Shown here: one piece after another, positions 54,726-64,000 of the stretch
How positions within the stretch are numbered: the stretch's first letter is position 1
Layout of the letters: each line of letters opens with the position of its first letter
From: Chrysomallon squamiferum
Taxonomy: Eukaryota > Animalia > Mollusca
Direction: 5' to 3'
DNA length: 64,000 nucleotides
Assembly (NCBI GenBank): GCA_012295275.1
Contig: CM022674.1
Coordinates: 6,014,001 to 6,078,000 of the forward strand
Translations under genes and position numbers: made by a program
Notes under the pieces: generated by a model
Told to the model about the DNA's origin: nothing
What the model saw: only the letters and a program-made list of their open reading frames with translations
Databases searched by the model: none

Positions 54726-56668
54726 CAAACAAATAATAATAATAAACAAGATATAAATTATTGCTTACAACTGATATCTGACAACCCATCTGCATTGTTT
54801 ATTTTTTATTTTTATTTTTTTCAATTATTATTATTTTTTTCTTCAGTTTTTGTTTCTTTTTGTTCTGTGCTGTTTTGTTTAGGTTCTTTCAGTGCTGTTA
54901 TCGTTTTACATATTTATACAGTTTCTCGCAGAACACAACAGAGATGGACGAAATTACTACAGAATCTCTCACCTTATTCTTTTATTTACACTTTCATACA
55001 TATTAACTGACATCTGTTCAAGCATTCCGTTGTTTGTGGTCGCTGACAGTAGTTTTATAGTGGGTCCCTAATCATATGGTGATACTAAGGTATATAATTA
55101 AAGGTCGCTGGAAAATATAAGAAAAGGCTATATAGTTATGTATTGTTTATTATTTACACCTTTAGCCCTAGGCTGTAATTAATAAACTATTTATTTATTT
55201 TTTGTTGCAAGCTGTGCATTTTGCGATCAGATCTTAGAAATATTTTTTAGGTCAGGGTAATTAATAAACAGCAAGAACAACAAAACAACTACAACCATTT
55301 CGACAACAACCACAATAGAAACAGCTACTACCACCACAACAATAATGATGATGATGACGATACTGATGCTGACGTAGATGACGTGTTTCGTCGGACCGTC
55401 TTGTACAATATTATGAAATTTAAACATAAGGAATATAAAATAGTTATTATATTGAATGTAAGGAATAATAAAAAAGGACATTATTTATACAAAAGTTATG
55501 AGGATTTAAAAAAAAATAGTTATGATATTTAACGTAAAGAATAAAAAAAAGTTATGACATGTCCAAAAACAACCAATCTCCCCAACCCCCCCCAAAAAAA
55601 TAACAAACAAACAACAAAAACAACAACCAACAACAAAAACAACAACAACAACAAAAAAAAAAACCCCACACAAATAAACTTTTGAAACAGTTAACATAAT
55701 CACACAAAATATTTTTGATCGCATACTAAATTAACTTAAGATCATTTAAGACATTTAACAAACATTTTGACATAAAAATTAATATATATATATATTTATT
55801 TTCTTCTTATTCAAGACATTTAAGAGATTAAATACGAAACTAACCTCCCATTCGTATTTCTCCTCCTCCGTTCTCTCTTTCCTACTTAAAATGGATCCCA
55901 TGAATTTTAAAAACAATTAGACAAACAAAATGAAGTTTCAAGTAGCTGTTAATAGCAAAATAGTAATAAGGAAACACAAGAAAAAAAAAATATCAGCTCG
56001 GGAGTAGTCTAAAATGCGGAAGAAAGATAAACAATTTTGAAGCCCGCTGCGTTTTAAAACATTAAATTCTGAAAGCACACTGATATCAGTGATTATTATA
56101 ATTTTTTTTTAAAATTTACATATATAACACAGATTAACCTATAATTATTATATAAATAAGAGCAGATAAGTTTTATACCACTGGCTGTGACAGGTCAAAC
56201 CTTTCTTTTTGACTGTTTTATTAATGTTAGATACTATTTATTAACACCCGATGTATTAGAATGTATAATGTACGTTTTACACTTAGCAAAATATGTTTTT
56301 TAATGTGGACCTTTCCATAAACATGAAAACAGTTTATTAATAATTGGTTTGAGTCGAAACAAGAAACAGTTCATTTAATGAACTGAAGAATTTTAATTTT
56401 TATCCTGTCGCATCTTAAACACACAGAGAAACAAAGGAACGCGCACATACTCACGCACACATACACGCACATATAATATGTAATACATACATACATGTAT
56501 ACACGTACACATACAAACGTATCTGCATATATGCACTCACATCGACAGGTATTCTTTTACATACTCACACACAAAAACAGACACATACATACAAACTTAC
56601 AGACATACATAGATATGTACACATACACAAACATACACACAAACAAACATACATACAAACATACATAG

Positions 56669-56785
<117 letters not shown>

Positions 56786-57842
56786 CATACACAACACACG
56801 CACACACACACGCACATCTACTCAAACACAAACATTAATTTACGTGCAGAAATCAAACTTCAGTGTTTCTTCGTTTCGCACACCAAAGTCTTCACACGCT
56901 GAGTTGAACTGTTTCGCAGCTCTGCGCCAGGTTTTTTTTAATATTTCGTCGTAATCTGTTAATCAGCTGCATTAACAGCTGTCACATCCCTCGATCATTA
57001 ACAGCTAGTTCTCCAGGCTCACAGTTCGCGGTGTGCACAGTCACTCGATTCACGTTACAGTCTTCTGTTCAATCGTTTAATCACCACAGTGTAAGTTGTT
57101 GAACGAATTAAAAAACTTTGCTTGGTGTTTCAGTCGTCGTTTTTGTTATGATGGCGATGATGCTGTAGTAAGTTCCACTATAATTACTGCCAACTCTGTA
57201 ACAATACCATCTACTATCACTGCTGCTACTACCACCTACATCGCCTCTGTCTCAACAACAACAACAACAACAACAACCGTTATCACCACTACAACAACTA
57301 CTACTACTCTGACTATTCCTATTATTCTTACTCCTACACCTACTACTACTACTACTATTACTAGTATTACCACTACTACTACAACAACAACAACAACAAC
57401 CACTGCTACTATTACTTCTCCTATTATTATTACAACATCAAATACATCCGCTGTTCTTACCATGCCTCTCCCCCTCCTCTTCTTCTTCATCCTCCCCCCT
57501 GCTCCTTCTATTACTGCTGCTGCTGCTGCTACTACTACTACTACATCAGTGACACCGTAAACACAACTGTCGCCTCTATCAATACCGCGTGGACACAGAG
57601 TGGAGTCTGTATACAGCGGAAGCTGAGTAAATGAAACAAATTAAAGATAACACAGTCATTGATTATTTTAACTTCGTTCGGAAACAGGTTGCACATTTTA
57701 ATCACCAAATTATTGCGGAATATACCGTATGTATCAAAATCGATTTTTGTTTTTAAATTTACAGCGCCTATTTTTACAGTGTACGTAGGTATGTAGATCG
57801 AATAAGGCATTATCAAAATCGATATATTTTTTTTTTTCACCG

Positions 57843-57873
<31 letters not shown>

Positions 57874-58397
57874 CAGCGCATATATTATTTATGTATGTAT
57901 CCGGTATCGGTTTTGTTTATTTAGAGATAATTTTAATGAATTTTTTAAAATTTATTTATCTTTCATCATCATCATCATCATCATCATCAATGTCTTCATC
58001 AGTATTCTTACAAACATTATTGTAATGATGATGATCATCATTATTATTTATTACTTTTATCATCATAATAATTTATTGTTATCTTCTTTATTACCATGAA
58101 TACATACAGTTATACATATAAACAAAACAGCAAAGTGTAAGTTACACATCAAAGATAAATATTTAAAATCTCATTCCGAAAATTGCTTAACGAATGAATA
58201 GGACATCATGCACGCGCGCTCTCATACACACGCACACGCACCAACACACACACAAAGACAAACAGACATGCACGCACACATACACAAGTATACATACACA
58301 CAAACTATCCATATACATACATACATGCACTCACACATACACAAGTATACATACACACAAACTACACATATACATACATACATGCACGCACACATAG

Positions 58398-58434
<37 letters not shown>

Positions 58435-59102
58435 TAACACACCCTAATTAAAAAAAGAACGTAAGCACGATGCAAAGTATTCAGTTTAAAAGTGTTCGGC
58501 AATATTCGGATAACTGCGACAAAGTTCGCCATGGAAACTGTTACTTAAAATAATCTACCCAGTCACGAGATACGATAATCTAATACTACCCCCCCCTCCC
58601 CAGACTACACAGATTTTTTTTTTTTCAATGTCTTGTCTGTCAATAGATTTATTCGTGACAGTAATATGATATTGATAGTGTCAGAAAACTAGTAAAAAAA
58701 AAAATATTAAAAAAAACAACAACAAAAAAAACCACGAACGAAAAACTACAAACACTAAACAATGGACGACAACAACAATTAAACAACAAAGGCTCTTTAT
58801 TCTTATCAATTATCCATTACTTTTCTGCAAAAAACTGAAACAACAAAACAAACATTAGAAATTGAAACGAAACAAAAGAAACCAAATATGCAGTTTTGTA
58901 ATATAATGTGTGTGCATCTGTTAGTCTGTCCGTTTGTGTCCGTACCTGAATGTATTCATTATTAATTACACGTGTGAATGTACGTGTGATTGATTACACA
59001 CATGTATTTTATGCAGTCATATGTGTATACATTATCTACGCAGACACACACAAACACACGCACACATACAAAATGTTTTTATCCAATATGTTTATATCCC
59101 CT

Positions 59103-59142
<40 letters not shown>

Positions 59143-59661
59143 ATAAACGCATCTATTATTATATTAAAATTAACTATTACAAAAATCGCTCTCGTGGCAA
59201 ATATGTTTTGTTACTTCAATACACTCATTCATTTGTTCGAGGGCGTTACTCATCTGATTCAACCAAACATCGGCGAAGCGCGCAATTCCCAATATGCACT
59301 AGCTGGGAGCAGACGAAACTGCCTTCGTTTTTGTGTACCTTTCATTCAGACTTCCTTTCAAAACTTGATACTTGTAACGCCAAACGCGACGAAGTTGTGA
59401 GAGAGAGAAAAAAAACACATCGTAAGGTAAGACGATAATGTTGACCTTTTTGTTTTTGTTACTTTTACTACGATTATAGATTATGCTGAATTTAAATCTT
59501 CTCTTTTTGGCTGTGACTGTATATGACATTATCTTGGATCTAAGGAAGTAGCCAAGGTTAGTAATGAAATGTCATCAAGTTATTTTCTATATTTAGCAAT
59601 GTGGATTAAACAGGTACAACGAAACCGGTTAAATACAGTTCTTACTCAGCGTATAATTTAA

Positions 59662-59705
<44 letters not shown>

Positions 59706-59944
59706 CTATGCTACTGCTATTACTACTACTGCTGTTACTATTATTATACTATTATACGTTTTTTACTATAACTACTACAACTGCTATTTTTACTAGTATT
59801 ACTACTACTGCTATTACTACTACAGCTATTACTATTATTACTGTTACGTTTTTTACTACTAACTACAACTGCTATTTTTACTAGTATTACTACTATTACT
59901 ATTACTACTACTACTAATACTATGATTACTATTACGTCTGTCTG

Positions 59945-59976
<32 letters not shown>

Positions 59977-60660
59977 TGTATGTATGTATGTATATATGTA
60001 AGTGTCAAACTCTCTGTCCCTATGCCATTCTATCATTATCTTCGTATGTATGTATGTACGCATAGATGGATGGATGGACCGTAACATATGTTTGAAATTG
60101 TACCAAAACTTTCTACAGACTTCATTTAGATACCGTTTTGTTTCTCTGACTGTTCGTTGTATTTTCCTTCCTGTTTACACGAGGACCCACGCGTCTGAAT
60201 AGACGTATTTTTGTAAAACAAGTATTTAAAATGAGAGCGTGTTTAAATAATTCTGCACAGATACGGTACTGTTGCATCTATCGTCTCTGTTTGCTTTTTC
60301 GACTTGAGTTTTACAAAGAAAAGCACAAACATAACGTTTGTAAATTTTCGCGGAAAAGATAAATAGAAGCCAGAGAGTTTGTGTTTTTATTTTTTATTTT
60401 TTATTTTTTTTATGTGCTATTTTCTGTTTGTTTGTATGTCTGTTTGTCGGTCTATCTATCTGTCTGTTCTGTTACGGTTACTATTGTTATTACATGCACT
60501 GCTACAAAAACTACCTGTTAACCAACTCCAACTACTTCAAAAACAACCACTAATACAACATCAAGTACTACTATTACTACTACTACTACTACAAAAACGA
60601 CGACTACTACCACTACTTGAGCTACCATTGTTACTATTAGTACTATTATTACTACAGTTA

Positions 60661-60692
<32 letters not shown>

Positions 60693-60839
60693 TATTAATA
60701 ATAATAATAAAAATAATAATAATAATAATAAAAATAATACTAATACTACTACTAATAATAATATTAAATCAACAACAATAATAAATACCAATACTATTAC
60801 TAATAATAATATTAAATCAAATAATAATAATAGTAAATC

Positions 60840-60888
<49 letters not shown>

Positions 60889-62030
60889 GATAAAACAAAT
60901 AAACTGTGTAAAAATAATACAATTAAAACAACGCGTGAAAAATCGAAATAGCGTCGTAACACCAAATTTACTGGCCACAAGCCAATAAACTGACGTAGTT
61001 TTGCCGCTCGCAGCGGTATACAGGATAACCTCATAATTATAGCAACATGCGGCGTCACGTGGCGAACCGTCAAGTACCGCTAACAACCGTTCGCTCCAAC
61101 GTCGCTCTGTTTTTAATTCTCTCTCACGCAGGTAGAGAGAGCGCTGAGTGATTTTGATGTGGATATTTTATCAATAAGGAATTAAAAATCTTTCATAAAC
61201 TGCTAACAAGATGTGTGGACTGACGTTTCACTTCTGATAACTTAACAGGTAGGATTTTGTCTGTAGTTTACTTGATTGAATGTTTATGTTACAGATAGAT
61301 GATACCTGTACACATTTACAAAGAGATAGAAGAAAAAATAATATGCATATTTACAAATATACATATACATACAGACATACATAAGTACACACATAAATAC
61401 ATACATTCAAACGTACACAAAAAAATACATTCGTACGTACGTACATAATACATACATATATACATACATACGTACATAATACATACATATATACATAATA
61501 ATATACAAATACATACATACATACATACATACATACAAACATACATACATACAACATACATACAACATACATACATACATACATACATACGTTCGTACAT
61601 ACTTATATACGCAGAAAGACGTCCACTAGTTAATACATACAAAATACATACATGCGTACAGACATACAAACACATGATATATACGTACGTTCGGTGTCTG
61701 ACGGAGTTTATGAGGTCGTAATTAGACTGTGTCCTCCTGCGACACTGCGTTCCCGAATACTGTGTACGTGCACGTATTAATCAGACGAACGTAAGACAGC
61801 CAGAAACTATTCAGTTCTGAATACGTGTTTGCATTTGTCTTATTGTGGACGGATCCCGTGTATCGAACCCACGACTGTCTCGGTGCAAACTGATTGATCA
61901 TTGAACCTAAACTAGTAATGCTGTCTGCGGTCATGTTTATCGACGTTTTATTAGGAGCCGACTTAATGAATTTTCTCTAAACAAGAAAAGTCTAACAAAT
62001 GTGTAAGACCCAAACAGTTGGAGTGATGAA

Positions 62031-62048
62031 TAGCGCCATCTGGCGGTT
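62031..62048 (-). promoter_or_regulatory. Candidate CTCF-binding site
   Basis: Minus strand reads aaCCGCCAGATGGCGCTA, close to the CTCF core CCASYAGRKGGCRS. Confidence 0.55.
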
Positions 62049-62539
62049 GTGAAACAGCTGTTAAAACAAACTGCTGAATTAGCTGTCCTGTTATAAATAT
62101 GTGTTGTTTGTACACATACGTATGATTCGTGGCGTTAAAAGATATATTAGTAATTTATATGTTTTCTTTATGATATTCAATCTCTCTGATTACTCTGTAT
62201 GTATATATGTATGTATGTATATCCGTGTGTGTGTGTGTGTTTGTGTATGTCTGTTCGTTGTGTTTGGGTGTGTGCATGTATAGATGTATTTTTAAAAAAA
62301 AAATTCCGCTGAATACATGGCACGTTTTACAAATATTGTAAAATAAAAATTAAATAATATTTAACAATAACTATTTAGTAATATATTGTGAAAAAAATAA
62401 TGATTGAAAGTCACAGACACCTTGCAAAGTATTACTCATTGAAAGTAACCTTAATTTTGTTCTGGTTTGATAAATACTGAATGTTACTTTCAGTCTTCAA
62501 GAGGATATTTAAATATTATTTTCTAGATATTTGCTATAT

Positions 62540-62582
<43 letters not shown>

Positions 62583-62770
62583 TTATTATTCTTTAATTGT
62601 TTTGTAATTTTTTTTTTTTTTTTTAAATATTATAATTACAGTTTTTTTTTTCTTTCTTTCTCTCTTTTTTTCTGAAGATATTTATACGCGGTTTCTTAAA
62701 ACTCTTCAGGCAAACAATATTTTTAATAAAACTGTTTTTTTTTGTTTTTTTTTTTAATTAAAAAATACAG

Positions 62771-63130
62771 TGAAACCGCAAATTAATAGTTTATCTACTG
62801 AAGTTAAACTGTTGCGCCCGACAGCCATTGCTGAGCTGGTATTTAATGTCTACAAAAATATTCACACACTGCTAACTAACAGCGAATATCTCTACAACGA
62901 TTCAGTCTCGCGCTCCACTGAGCATCTAAAGCCTATAGCAAAATTCCATGCCAGACTGAGTCACGTTACAAAGCAATATCGATTAACGCTACTGCCACAT
63001 CGATTTGGTAACGAAGCCAAACCCGCCTCCGAAACAACCCGACTACTGACGGAAACCACGACTACGACATGCCATCAGGCAGCGACGTTCCTACCTGTAG
63101 CTACGTCAACAACGTGGATGGATGCGCTGG
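62771..63130 (+). other. Probable exon of an unidentified downstream gene, possibly containing the start codon (ATG 63069, MPSGSDVPTCSYVNNVDGCA..)
   Basis: T-tract plus tacag acceptor ending at 62770; non-repetitive, GC-richer body; tgg|gtaggt donor at 63131. Confidence 0.4.
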
Positions 63131-63190
63131 GTAGGTATCTCACTTTTGAACGGAAATGGTTTTAAATATTCACGCATCGGACGCATGTTC

Positions 63191-63221
<31 letters not shown>

Positions 63222-64000
63222 CTTTTTTCGAGAAATTTCTTGTTTTGCCGTAGGTCGAAAGTACAGCAAATGTCGGGGCGACACGACGGAATAGAAACTT
63301 CGCTGGCATTGATTGTACGGGCCAGGTATAAAGCGTTTTATTTGTAATCCAGTAACATATATTTGATAATAATAATAATAATAAAAAAACAACAACTTTT
63401 GTATAGGTAAACTTGATACCGACCACTGTCTGAATGTGATATAGTTTCTAATGTTACTTTTTCAACATCTGTTATTAGTGTTAGACACACACACACACAC
63501 ACACACACAAAACACACACACGCATACACGCACACACACAACTATTAGTACAGCTGCTGCTGCTGCTGTTACCACAATACGACTGCGACAGCAGTGACGT
63601 CTACCACTGCGTTTCCTAATGCTGCTACTGTTGAACTGTTACAACAGTATTAAATTATTTTACTACCATACCAAGTCACTGTTACCGCGACTGTAATTAC
63701 CACAACTACCACTTCATTACTACTTTCATTTCTGTCGCTGCTTTTCTGTCTACTACTGTACAAACTACAACTACTACAAACTGTTCCTACAACGATTACA
63801 ACTGTTCCTTTTATACTACTAATAATAACCCTACTATTATCTAAGGCAAATTACACTACTATTACTACCATTATTACTACTACTATTACCACTACTACTG
63901 ACATCTATTACTATTACTTTTAGTATACTATTACTATTAGTATGAATATTACAATGCTTTAACACTAGCCATTGTTATCTAATTAACTGTGCTATCTCTG

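Noticed and set aside
57096-57560. 154-aa Thr-rich, mucin-like ORF
   Set aside because: It is built from ACT/ACA trinucleotide repeats like many others in the window, with no credible signal peptide or exon boundaries

Overview
AT-rich, microsatellite-dense animal genomic DNA with spliceosomal GT-AG introns. It is probably a mollusc/gastropod, inferred from the repeat content. Nearly all entries in the supplied ORF track are microsatellite artefacts. Three genes could be rebuilt exon by exon. (1) A 15-exon SLC5A3/SMIT1-like Na+/solute symporter on + (CDS 6513-22256, 721 aa). (2) An inverted, tail-to-tail paralogue on - (CDS 36724-25540, about 711 aa, with a +1 indel in exon 9). (3) SEC62 on - (51892-45479, 9 exons, LIR motif retained). 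Mobile elements include a young hAT MITE with a perfect TSD (10372-10669), a deleted TIR transposon keeping a PHD-finger C-terminus just upstream of SEC62 (52250-53553), and Tigger-like and SINE fragments. The probable 5' end of another + strand gene lies at 57-63 kb. The most interesting signals are in the transporter pair: shared non-canonical substrate-site residues (Q457-equivalent to N, D161-equivalent to V), a conserved 28-aa tail after the last TM helix, patchy gene conversion, and an intron with both splice sites tandemly duplicated. No clearly new multi-gene system is evident. Comparisons to known proteins and repeats are from memory, not from searches.
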